From IMG/VR virus record IMGVR_UViG_3300038465_000039, positions 25,261 through 89,260 of that record: a stretch of 64,000 nucleotides of DNA, one strand, 5' to 3'. Positions within the stretch are counted from its first letter, which is position 1. Each line of letters starts with the position of its first letter. The position numbers and the translations under genes were made by a program. Shown piece by piece: positions 49,727 through 58,523 of the stretch. The notes beneath the pieces are model-generated. The model had not been told where the DNA came from and did not search any database. It saw only the letters and a program-made list of their open reading frames with translations. The DNA comes from a virus.

Positions 49727-51652
49727 GTGCCAGTAAAATCTGCGGCGCAAAATCGGGCAATGTGGGCCGCAAGAGAAGGACGCTCGACTTTGGGAATCCC
49801 CAAGTCTGTTGCGAAGAAGTTTGTCGGTCCATCTGCCCATGACGCAGCCGGTGCCAAGATCGCTGCCGGGATCATCTTCGTTTCGCCTGATGGTGATGTT
49901 CTGCTGCTGAAGCGTGCCGGCGAGGAAGGCGTCGACAACTACGTCGGACATTGGGCGCTGCCTGGTGGTGGTGCTGAGGATGGTGAGACGCCGGAGCAAT
50001 GCGCGGACCGAGAAGCGGCCGAGGAGCTCGGCGGAGCGGCGCCGGTCGGACGCAAGCGTCTGGTCGACCGCAAGACGACACCGAACGGGATGGTGTTCCA
50101 TACCTTCGCTCAGCAGTCCGACAAGTTTACACCGAAACTGAACGAGGAGCACTCGGCCTTCGGATGGTTCCCGCTCAATGCTTTACCGGGGCCAGAAAAC
50201 GATCATGCACCGGAACCGATGCATCCCGCCGTCAAGGCGGTTCTATCGGATGGCCTCGGGATGGCTCAGGACATGTCGCCCGAGGACTGGACCGCACTGC
50301 GGGAGAACTTCGCAAAGTGGACCCGCGAGGAAGAAGCGGAACCGGAGCATGCCGGGGACGTGAATGCGGTGGTCACGACCGTCCGCAACGATGAAGGCGT
50401 GATCCTGCTCGATACTTCGGATGGCAAGACGGTGGAACTTGGCCGGGGACTCGCCGACGACAACCAGCCGCAGCTCGCCACCACGGGGAACACAGGCATC
50501 CCACTGGCGGCTTGGAACAAGAAGCGGAAGGCAAAGATCGCTCAGGATGCCATTTTCCGGGCCTGCGGAGGCCAAGGATGCGTTAAATGTGGTGGGTCCG
50601 GGGTATCGCCCCTGACCAAGGCACCAATGAAGCCCGGGCTCGGTGGGGCTTTTGATGCCTTGTCACCCGCCATCGCCGCTTGGAACCGGATGGCAGACGC
50701 CGAAGCCGCGCGCGCCCGCAAACCGAATGCCTGCCCGATCTGCGGCGGTACCGGTGAGCTCGCCGGGCCCGGCATCATCTGCGATGAATGCGGAGGCTCA
50801 GGCCTGATCGCGCAAGACAGCCGCAAGGCACCGGAACACACGCTGCTGGTGCGCTACGACGGCGATTTCAGCTTCAAGGGGCTGCTCGCACATCTGAAAC
50901 GGCTTGGTTCGATCGGGGCCTCGCGCACGATCGAGGCGCGCGACGAAGACGACAAGATCGTGCCGTTCGGTTGGGATGGCGACGGCGCCGACAAGATTTG
51001 GGATGCCGAGATAGACGGCGAGAAACTCGCGTTTGATCGCGCGGCGGTGTCTGGCGTTGAGCGCCATGGTCTAGCATTTGACCGCGCGCCGGATAGCGCG
51101 CGCAAGTTCGATGCTGACGGACGAATGCATGTCGAAGTTTCCAATATTTCGCGCGCAGCAGTTAACCCGTATTTAGGTCGAGAAATACCTTCATACAAAT
51201 CGCTCGGTCTTGATCCGGATAAAATCTATCATTTGCTTCGCGATCCCGAGGAACTTCAAAAAGCCGTTCCGACATTCAACAATCTGCCGCTGCTTGACGA
51301 GCATGTGCCGGTTTCAGCAGCAAGCCATCGACCCGAGCATGTCATCGGATCACTCGGCACGGATGCTGAATTCGACGGCGAATTCTTGAAGAATAGCCTC
51401 GTCGTCTGGACGGAACGCGGCATCAAAGCAATTGAGAGCGAGAAGAAGCGCCAAATTTCATGCGCCTATCGCTATACGCCGGTGCTCGAAACCGGCGTAT
51501 TCAAGGGGCATCCCTACTCCATAAAAATGACGGCCATAATCGGAAATCATGCCTGCATAGTGCCCGAGGGGAGGGCTGGCGACATGGTGATGGTTGCGGA
51601 TGGAGCTCTTGATCCTTGGGCTTTGGTAGAATCTGCTATTTTAGGTCTATAG
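49727..51652 (+). CDS. Polyprotein: Nudix hydrolase, small modules and DUF2213 putative prohead protease
   Basis: Nudix box GGAEDGETPEQCADREAAEELG; ISRAAVNPYLGREIP, LLRDPEEL, ISCAYRY, NHACIVPEGRAG. Confidence 0.85.
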   Translation: MPVKSAAQNRAMWAAREGRSTLGIPKSVAKKFVGPSAHDAAGAKIAAGIIFVSPDGDVLLLKRAGEEGVDNYVGHWALPGGGAEDGETPEQCADREAAEELGGAAPVGRKRLVDRKTTPNGMVFHTFAQQSDKFTPKLNEEHSAFGWFPLNALPGPENDHAPEPMHPAVKAVLSDGLGMAQDMSPEDWTALRENFAKWTREEEAEPEHAGDVNAVVTTVRNDEGVILLDTSDGKTVELGRGLADDNQPQLATTGNTGIPLAAWNKKRKAKIAQDAIFRACGGQGCVKCGGSGVSPLTKAPMKPGLGGAFDALSPAIAAWNRMADAEAARARKPNACPICGGTGELAGPGIICDECGGSGLIAQDSRKAPEHTLLVRYDGDFSFKGLLAHLKRLGSIGASRTIEARDEDDKIVPFGWDGDGADKIWDAEIDGEKLAFDRAAVSGVERHGLAFDRAPDSARKFDADGRMHVEVSNISRAAVNPYLGREIPSYKSLGLDPDKIYHLLRDPEELQKAVPTFNNLPLLDEHVPVSAASHRPEHVIGSLGTDAEFDGEFLKNSLVVWTERGIKAIESEKKRQISCAYRYTPVLETGVFKGHPYSIKMTAIIGNHACIVPEGRAGDMVMVADGALDPWALVESAILGL

Positions 51653-51733
51653 AAAGGTGATATAAAAACGGGACCGAACAGCGTTGGACGCGCTGATCGA
51701 TCCCTGACCAAGTGCGCTGGATGAGAACGCAAG

Positions 51734-52453
51734 ATGGCTAAAGAACAAATCCCATACTCTGGGCCTATTGTCACCAAGGCTGAAGCAAAGGCCGCCGGTG
51801 CCAAGAAGTATTTTACAGGCAAGCCCTGCATCCGGGGACATATCTCCGAGAGGTGGGTGAGCACGCGAACTTGTGTTGGGTGTGCGACGTCTGAGCCGAG
51901 GCTTAAGGCTGATCTAAAATACAGGTCGAGTCATAGAGAAGAAATTCGTGAGAAGACCGCAAGGTGGCGGGCAGAGAATCCTGAGCGAACGAGACAATCT
52001 TTAGCCGATTACTTTGCGGCGAATGAAGAGCAGATCAATCAGCGCAGACGCGATGATTATGCGGCAAATGCTCCGGCCAAGCGACTAGAGAAGAGAGAGC
52101 GGTACGCCGCCGATCCACTGCATTACCAGGAAATCAATCGGCGGTACGCCGAGGAAAATCCCGAAGTAATTAGAGCCATCAGGCGTAACCGTCGCGCTCG
52201 CAAGAGAGGCGCTGGCGGTAGCCATACAGCCGCAGATATCGAGTGGTTACTCAACAAACAGAAAAATAAATGCGCGCACTCATGGTGTCGCATCTCTTTG
52301 GCTGATGGTCACCACGTAGATCATATGGTGCCGTTAGCGTTAGGTGGTTCCAATGACCGCAGAAACATTCAACTGCTCTGCGAGCCATGCAATCTGAAAA
52401 AGCACGCAAAGCACCCGATAGACTTTGCGCAGGAGCATGGCTTGCTCCTATAG
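51734..52453 (+). CDS. HNH homing endonuclease (paralog of 45073)
   Basis: YFTGKPCIRGH; HVDHMVPLALGGSNDRRNIQLLCEPCN. Confidence 0.9.
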   Translation: MAKEQIPYSGPIVTKAEAKAAGAKKYFTGKPCIRGHISERWVSTRTCVGCATSEPRLKADLKYRSSHREEIREKTARWRAENPERTRQSLADYFAANEEQINQRRRDDYAANAPAKRLEKRERYAADPLHYQEINRRYAEENPEVIRAIRRNRRARKRGAGGSHTAADIEWLLNKQKNKCAHSWCRISLADGHHVDHMVPLALGGSNDRRNIQLLCEPCNLKKHAKHPIDFAQEHGLLL

Positions 52454-52463
52454 GGGCGAATCC

Positions 52464-53543
52464 ATGAGCAAGCTTCGTGATGCACTCCGCAAGAAATTCA
52501 AGACTCCTCGTGAGGCCATTCTGGCGCTCGGTCTCGACGAGTCACTCCTGACTGAGCGCGCCTATGATTCCGTGAACCCTCAACTGAAGGAGAAGACAAT
52601 GCAGAAGATCAAACTGTCCGGTCTCGGCACCGTAGCCTACGGCGCTCTGATGACCTTCCTGCGGCCGCAACTGGCGATGGATCAGACCATCGATCTCAAG
52701 CGTGGTCTGCGCAACATCAACGCCAGGAACTTCAAGGCCAAGCGTCCCGTACTGGCGGCGTGGATCAGCGAGTCCGTCAAGGACAAGCTCGATCCGCAGT
52801 TCGCGCATGATGGTGCGCTAAATACCGACGGTCTCGATGCTGTCCTCGACATGGTCGAACTCGCCCTCGACGATTTTCCCGAAGAGATGAAGGAAAAGAT
52901 GGACGAGAAAAAGGACAAGGCCAAGGACATGAAGCCCATGGCCGGCGCCAAGGACGAGGAATCCGACGAGGATTCCGACATGGATGCCGAAGACGAAGAC
53001 GAGACCGAAGAGGAGAAGGAGGCCCGCATGAAAAAGCGCGCCGCCGACAAAAAGGCCAAAGACAAGAAAATGGGCAAGGACAAGAAGGCCAAGGACAAGG
53101 CCGATGTCAACGAGGATCCCGAAGAGCACGATCCCGAGACACCCGAAGAGACCGCCAACGACGAGGACGACGACATGGAAGCGGCGATGGATGCAAAGAT
53201 CAACGCCGGTATCCAGGCCGGCATCAAGAAGGAGCGCGACCGCATGGAGGCCATCTCGGTCGCCAAGGATCATGTCCGTTCCCGCGTCGGCAATCTTTCC
53301 ATGGCGTTCGATTCTGCGGCTCAGGTCTACGCCAAGGCCATCGAAGTCGCCGCCGGCAAGAAACCGCCGAAGGATGCGAATGTCGAAATGCTGAAGTTCG
53401 CATTCGACAACCTTCCCTCGAAGGATGGTGGCCGCAACAAGCAGACCTACGCGATGGATTCGGCGCCGAGCACCGCGGCGAGTGATCTCGCCAAGCGCAA
53501 TCCTGCTCTTGCGAAGAACCTGGAGCGCATCGGGCGCCAGTAA
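52464..53543 (+). CDS. Putative scaffolding protein
   Basis: Highly charged, between protease and capsid genes; many A-x-D motifs. Confidence 0.7.
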   Translation: MSKLRDALRKKFKTPREAILALGLDESLLTERAYDSVNPQLKEKTMQKIKLSGLGTVAYGALMTFLRPQLAMDQTIDLKRGLRNINARNFKAKRPVLAAWISESVKDKLDPQFAHDGALNTDGLDAVLDMVELALDDFPEEMKEKMDEKKDKAKDMKPMAGAKDEESDEDSDMDAEDEDETEEEKEARMKKRAADKKAKDKKMGKDKKAKDKADVNEDPEEHDPETPEETANDEDDDMEAAMDAKINAGIQAGIKKERDRMEAISVAKDHVRSRVGNLSMAFDSAAQVYAKAIEVAAGKKPPKDANVEMLKFAFDNLPSKDGGRNKQTYAMDSAPSTAASDLAKRNPALAKNLERIGRQ

Positions 53544-53721
53544 CCGAGCGACGCGGCTTCCTCCGCTCGTTCGTCGCAGCCTGTCCGTTTGAGCCCACCC
53601 CTGTCCCGACGGGCAGGCTGCGTTAATTCAACAACCCTCTTTCCTTGATTGGATCGGGGGATTTTTTACATTACACTGCTCCCGTTCATTGCCTGATAGG
53701 CAGAAGGGGATCAGCCAAAAA

Positions 53722-54087
53722 ATGTCAATCACAGACGCATACTTTGCCGGATTGATCGACGGCGAAGGTCACATCACGTTAGAGAAAAGGTCTGGTAAAC
53801 AAGTCGGGACTATCCCGCTCATTCAGGTTGGCATGACTGATCGTGCGATTGTGCAGTTGCTCCAAAAAACTTACGGCGGAAGTTTTGCAGCAAAGAAGAT
53901 AAGAGAACCCTACAAGCAGATGTTCGTTTGGCGCGTGAAGCATGCACAAGCTCGCGTTACTTTGAAACGAATCCTGCCATATCTTCGCGTAAAACGTGAG
54001 GTTGCTCTTACCGTCTATAAATTCGCGTGCGAACGACGTGCATGGATTAGACAAAATACCGGTCGGACGAATTCTATCTCTGTCTGA
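53722..54087 (+). CDS. Single-motif LAGLIDADG endonuclease, free-standing
   Basis: AYFAGLIDGEGHI...ILPYLRVKR. Confidence 0.85.
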   Translation: MSITDAYFAGLIDGEGHITLEKRSGKQVGTIPLIQVGMTDRAIVQLLQKTYGGSFAAKKIREPYKQMFVWRVKHAQARVTLKRILPYLRVKREVALTVYKFACERRAWIRQNTGRTNSISV

Positions 54088-54120
54088 TCCGAACTCATCG
54101 ATTCCACCTGAAGCCAAGTG

Positions 54121-54148
54121 GCAGCACGAGTTTCGTGCTGCTTTTTTT
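54121..54148 (+). terminator. Intrinsic terminator
   Basis: GCAGCACGA-GTT-TCGTGCTGC-TTTTTTT. Confidence 0.75.
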
Positions 54149-54186
54149 GTCCCTCTTTCCGCAACATCAATCAGGAGAAAATTCCC

Positions 54187-55173
54187 ATGACGGACTTTCC
54201 AAACCAGGTCAACGCCTCGCAAGCACCCGGCGTAGCCGGTGACTTCGCATCGGCCAATCCGCGCAGTACCGTTCTGGCGGGCGAAGGTGCCCTGATTTCC
54301 GGTCTCGGTGTCATCAATGGCGCCACCGTACAAGGTGCTGTCGTCGGTCGCTTCGGTTGGTTGACCTATCAGACGATCGACAACGATAATGCTCCGGGCA
54401 CCGTCAACACCTTCGGCAGCGGAGTTCCACAGGGTCTTGTGGCCCGAAGGCAGGTCGGTCTGATCACGCAGTATCTCGGTACATCCGTTTTCTACTTCCA
54501 GTCCGGATTCCAGATCGCGCTCTACAACGAGGTGGATATGTGGGTGACGAACAACGGTGCCACCGCCGCTCAGGTCGGCCAGAAGGCGTTTGCGAGCTAT
54601 GCCGATGGTTCGGCCTCGTTCGCGGCTGCTGGCTCTACTCCGGCTGGTGGTTCCGGTTCGGCCTCGTCGATCGCAGCAGAAACCGCCAACTCGCTGACCA
54701 GCACCATCGTCGGCGACATCTTCACGGCAATCGGGACGCTTACGGGCAACTTCTATCCCGGCAGCATTCTGAGCGGTTCGGGGGTTGCCACCGGGACACA
54801 GATCGTCGCTCAGGTGCTGCCGCTGCTCCCCGGCGAGGCCCTGAACGGCCTCGGTCGATATGAAGTCAATATCCCCGAGCAGAACGTCACATCGACCACG
54901 ATTACCGGTACCTACGGTCTGTTGACCGTTGGCGGTACGGTGGTGAACGGATTCGGTCCCGGGCAGACCGTTAGCGGTTCCGGGGTCACGTCTGGCACCG
55001 TTATCTTCCAGCAACTCACCGGTACTGCGGGCGGAGCCGGAACTTACGTGGTCAGCCCTTCCCAAACCGCCAACTCGACCGCGATCACTGCCGCTGGTTC
55101 GATCGAGACGAAGTGGTACGCCAGGTCGGCGGGAGCCGTCGGCGAGATCATCAAAATCTCGAACATCCAGTAA
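54187..55173 (+). CDS. Head decoration/auxiliary capsid protein
   Basis: FPNQVN..QAPGVAGDFASANPR start; immediately upstream of the major capsid gene. Confidence 0.7.
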   Translation: MTDFPNQVNASQAPGVAGDFASANPRSTVLAGEGALISGLGVINGATVQGAVVGRFGWLTYQTIDNDNAPGTVNTFGSGVPQGLVARRQVGLITQYLGTSVFYFQSGFQIALYNEVDMWVTNNGATAAQVGQKAFASYADGSASFAAAGSTPAGGSGSASSIAAETANSLTSTIVGDIFTAIGTLTGNFYPGSILSGSGVATGTQIVAQVLPLLPGEALNGLGRYEVNIPEQNVTSTTITGTYGLLTVGGTVVNGFGPGQTVSGSGVTSGTVIFQQLTGTAGGAGTYVVSPSQTANSTAITAAGSIETKWYARSAGAVGEIIKISNIQ

Positions 55174-55227
55174 CCGCATTCTGAAAAACCGGAGTGGTCG
55201 TAAACGGCCATTCCTCCATCCTTCACC

Positions 55228-55255
55228 AAGGCGTCTCGTCATGAGCGCCTTTTTT
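55228..55255 (+). terminator. Terminator-like hairpin before the capsid gene
   Basis: AAGGCG-T-CTCG-TCA-TGAGCGCCTTTTTT. Confidence 0.5.
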
Positions 55256-55276
55256 ATTTTGGAAAGGCACTTACAG

Positions 55277-56380
55277 ATGAATCGCCATGAAGCAGCTGCC
55301 GCGTATGCGGCCGAACGCCACATCTACGAGTCCAGCGGTGCGGTATTCGAAAACGTCAAGATGTTCATCCCCGACGGATGGAAACACGACTTCAACCTCG
55401 CGATGGATCAAGGCCTCGCGATGGACGCGCAGCCTCAGTTGTCGACGACACAGAACACCGGTATTCCGGTTTGGCTGTCGACGATGATCGATCCCACGGT
55501 CTATGAGATTCTGTTCTCCCCGCTGAAGGCCGCCGAAATTCTCGGCGAAGTGAAGAAGGGCGACTGGACCTTGAATTCCGTGATGTTCCCGACCGCGGAA
55601 CACACCGGCGAAGTCTCGAGCTATGACGACTACGTCAACAACGGTTCGGTTTCCACCAACCTGAACTTCCCGTCACGCCAGCCGTACCTCTATCAGACCA
55701 TCCTTCAATACGGTGACCGCGAGCTCGATGTCGTCGGCCTCGCCAAGATCAATTGGGTATCGGAACTGAATGCGGCCGCGGCCTGGGCACTGAACCGCTA
55801 TCAGAACCAGACCTACTTCTTCGGGGTGAAAGGTCTTCAGAATTACGGCATCCTGAACGATCCGAACCTGACCGCCGCACTGACGCCCGGACCGAAGGCG
55901 TACGGCAACAATCTGTGGATTACGAACGGCATCATCACCGCAACGCCGAACGAGATCTATCTCGATATCCAGGCACTCATCCTGCAGCTGATCCTGCAGT
56001 CCGGCGGCAACATCAATCAGGAATCGCCGTTCGTGCTGGCGCTTTCACCGGCATCGAAGTTCGCGCTGACCGCAACGAACTCGTTCGACGTCAATGTCAG
56101 CGACTTGCTGAAGCAGATTCCGAACCTGAAGATTATCGATGCGATCCAGTATCAGGCTCAGACGACGGCAAACCCGCAGGGTGTTGTCGGCGGCAACTTC
56201 ATGCAGATGATCTGCACCTCAGTTCGCGGGCAGCAGGCCGGCTTCTGTGCGTTCAACGAGAAGATGCGTTCCCATCGTCTGATCCCCGACCTGTCGTCGT
56301 GGAAACAGAAGCTGAGCGGCGGCACGATGGGTGCTATTTACCGGCAGCCCTGGTGCGTCAGCAGCATGTTGGGTATCTGA
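55277..56380 (+). CDS. Major capsid protein (DUF2184-like)
   Basis: AMDAQP..., GEVKKGDW, SYDDY, YFFGV.GL.NYG.LNDPNL. Confidence 0.88.
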   Translation: MNRHEAAAAYAAERHIYESSGAVFENVKMFIPDGWKHDFNLAMDQGLAMDAQPQLSTTQNTGIPVWLSTMIDPTVYEILFSPLKAAEILGEVKKGDWTLNSVMFPTAEHTGEVSSYDDYVNNGSVSTNLNFPSRQPYLYQTILQYGDRELDVVGLAKINWVSELNAAAAWALNRYQNQTYFFGVKGLQNYGILNDPNLTAALTPGPKAYGNNLWITNGIITATPNEIYLDIQALILQLILQSGGNINQESPFVLALSPASKFALTATNSFDVNVSDLLKQIPNLKIIDAIQYQAQTTANPQGVVGGNFMQMICTSVRGQQAGFCAFNEKMRSHRLIPDLSSWKQKLSGGTMGAIYRQPWCVSSMLGI

Positions 56381-56541
56381 TCCCAATAACTTCATCCAAT
56401 AAGCTGAGCGGCCTCGCGTTTTGTTTTGAGGCTTCGACGATGGCGCGGTGGTGCGGGTAGCTGCATCGTCTGCGGTGCCATGCGTGACGCTCACGTAAGA
56501 TTTCACCCTCCCCCCTCACATGAACAGAGAGAACCGCTAAA

Positions 56542-57162
56542 ATGGCGCTGTCCAAAGCACAGAAGACTGCACGCGCGCAGAAAAAGATCGATGAAGCACG
56601 ACTGCTGCTGGCAACGGCAGAAGCCGAAGGCGCAGAAGCCGGTCTTATCACCGCTCCCTCGATCGGCGGCGAGACGCGAAAGAACACCAGCACTGTCTGG
56701 ATCGGCCTCAAACTGCCGCGAGGTCTCCAGTTGAGGCTCTGCAAGGAAGTCACGGTCGACCGTCCGACTTTCGGTGGTGGTGTCAAACCGACCAGGATGT
56801 TCATGCCTGATCCCGATCAAGGTGAAGTCCGCCTCAAGGGCTATGCCGTCCAGTTCGGCAGAATCCCCAACTATTCCATCATCGGCGATTTCGGTCTGAC
56901 CGAGGTCGATCGTGCATGGTGGGAAAAATGGAAGGCGCAGAACAGCGGCTTCGAGTTGCTGAAGACCGGTCTGCTCTTCGAGCACGGCGAGAAGGCCAGC
57001 GTTGAATCCTATGCTGTCGAGCATGCTTCCATGAAATGCGGTCTTGAACCGATGGATCCGGCCGGTGATGAACGTGGTGAAAAGGCTCCCAACGACAATC
57101 TGACCGATGTCGAGCCTGATTCCGATCGTGCAAAGCAGCGCCGCTCATCGGCAGTGGCGTAA
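56542..57162 (+). CDS. Conserved virion-associated protein
   Basis: LKLPRGL...FGLTEVDRAWWEKW; position after the capsid gene. Confidence 0.6.
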   Translation: MALSKAQKTARAQKKIDEARLLLATAEAEGAEAGLITAPSIGGETRKNTSTVWIGLKLPRGLQLRLCKEVTVDRPTFGGGVKPTRMFMPDPDQGEVRLKGYAVQFGRIPNYSIIGDFGLTEVDRAWWEKWKAQNSGFELLKTGLLFEHGEKASVESYAVEHASMKCGLEPMDPAGDERGEKAPNDNLTDVEPDSDRAKQRRSSAVA

Positions 57163-57167
57163 CGACG

Positions 57168-57659
57168 ATGGGATGGTGGGGTGGTGGTTGTCAGGGTGGA
57201 GCGATCGCTGCCCTCAACTATCCGCAATGGATACAACTGTTCCCGCAATTCGCCACCAACCCGGGCCAACCCATCGTCCAACTCTACTACGATTTGGCTG
57301 GCAGCGTCTGGCTGCGCAATGACGGTACCGGGCCGGTCACTGATCCGAACCTGCAAGCCAACTTGATGAACCTGCTGACGGCTCATGTGACGACGCTGTT
57401 CAGCGGGCCGGATGGTAACGATCCTTCTGGTCTGGTCGGTCGTATCTCGAGCGCGAACGAGGGTTCGGTAAGTGTGTCGACCGAGTATGAATCGACGATG
57501 AATAGTGCTTGGTTTGTACAAACTGGGGCTGGTAGCGCATTTTGGCAGGCCACTGCCGGGTTCCGTTCGTTTCCTGCCTATATCCCGGGCCCGACACGGT
57601 TCGGCAATGGCATCGGATATGGCGGTTTCCGCGGTGGTCGTGGCTGCAGGGCATTCTGA
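57168..57659 (+). CDS. DUF4054-like head-tail connector
   Basis: FPQF, LLTAH, GRISSANEGSVSVS, WFVQT..G..FW. Confidence 0.8.
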   Translation: MGWWGGGCQGGAIAALNYPQWIQLFPQFATNPGQPIVQLYYDLAGSVWLRNDGTGPVTDPNLQANLMNLLTAHVTTLFSGPDGNDPSGLVGRISSANEGSVSVSTEYESTMNSAWFVQTGAGSAFWQATAGFRSFPAYIPGPTRFGNGIGYGGFRGGRGCRAF

Positions 57660-57985
57660 TGGCAAAGCGCAATGCTGTTTCGTTTATCGTCGAAACAATG
57701 GAGATTCCGGGCAAGCCTGGCGCAATTCAATTCGTTAATCGCGAAGGGATTGTATGCGGTCTCAATCACTGCTGTCCCTGCGGTTGCGGTAAGTGGTCTT
57801 TCATTAGAATGAACCCTGATGCATGGGCACCGGGAACGCTCCCGATGTGGAAATGCTGCGATCCGGGTACCGACGATGGACTCTACATGACACTGACGCC
57901 ATCGATCGGTATCAAGCCGCAAGATGCCGCTGGTGCTTACCATTGGCACGGCTACTTGAAAAATGGTGTGTTTGAGGAATGCTGA
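57659..57985 (+). CDS. DUF6527-like protein, copy 3
   Basis: CPCGCG...W...TLTPSI...HWHGYLKNG. Confidence 0.7.
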   Translation: MAKRNAVSFIVETMEIPGKPGAIQFVNREGIVCGLNHCCPCGCGKWSFIRMNPDAWAPGTLPMWKCCDPGTDDGLYMTLTPSIGIKPQDAAGAYHWHGYLKNGVFEEC

Positions 57986-57987
57986 AA

Positions 57988-58266
57988 ATGGCAGATGAAG
58001 AAAAGCGCAAGACCGTGAGCGTGCGCAGCGATCTCGATCGTCCGATCTCGTTGCATCTGCATACGACGGTTGCTGATGACGGCGGCGGCCGTCCTTTTCA
58101 GGGACGCGACCTGACGACGGCGACAACGCTGAACCCCGGCAACAATCCCGGCATCGACAAGGAATTTTTTGAGAAGTGGCAGGAACAGAACAAAGGTTCG
58201 TCGCTTGCACCGCTTTTCACCGCCACCGACGAAGACAAACCCGAAAGCGCAGAGCGCAAGGAATAA
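57988..58266 (+). CDS. Hypothetical protein, partial paralog of 56542
   Basis: IDKEFFEKWQEQN versus VDRAWWEKWKAQN. Confidence 0.55.
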   Translation: MADEEKRKTVSVRSDLDRPISLHLHTTVADDGGGRPFQGRDLTTATTLNPGNNPGIDKEFFEKWQEQNKGSSLAPLFTATDEDKPESAERKE

Positions 58267-58271
58267 AGCAC

Positions 58272-58520
58272 ATGGATATCGACGCAATGCTCAAGCAATT
58301 GACCCAGCTTTTGGCATTCAAAAACCGAGTTATGGCAATTCTGCCTGATCTGGAGGCGCTCGTTGCCAGCGGCAAGGAGACTTCCGAGGATTTAGGGAAG
58401 GTTTTGGGCGAGCTTGACCCCAAAGACCCGATTGCCGGGGCTACGGGGCTCGGTGGTGCGTCAGAACCTATCCTGGGCACGGATGCCCCGGCCGATCGCA
58501 ACGCGCCAGCGGGCGCCTAA
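58272..58520 (+). CDS. Hypothetical protein
   Basis: AAGGA RBS, MDIDAMLK start. Confidence 0.5.
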   Translation: MDIDAMLKQLTQLLAFKNRVMAILPDLEALVASGKETSEDLGKVLGELDPKDPIAGATGLGGASEPILGTDAPADRNAPAGA

Positions 58521-58523
58521 TCC

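Noticed and set aside
53544-54186. Group I intron around the LAGLIDADG gene
   Set aside because: No interrupted host gene and no recognisable conserved core elements
53779-55323. Long antisense ORF (and similar ones at 5359-6297, 10325-11170, 31187-32164)
   Set aside because: Shadow frames of well-supported genes on the opposite strand in GC-rich DNA
56405-56495. Three-way junction after the capsid gene as an ncRNA
   Set aside because: No promoter or terminator evident; more likely an mRNA stability or processing structure
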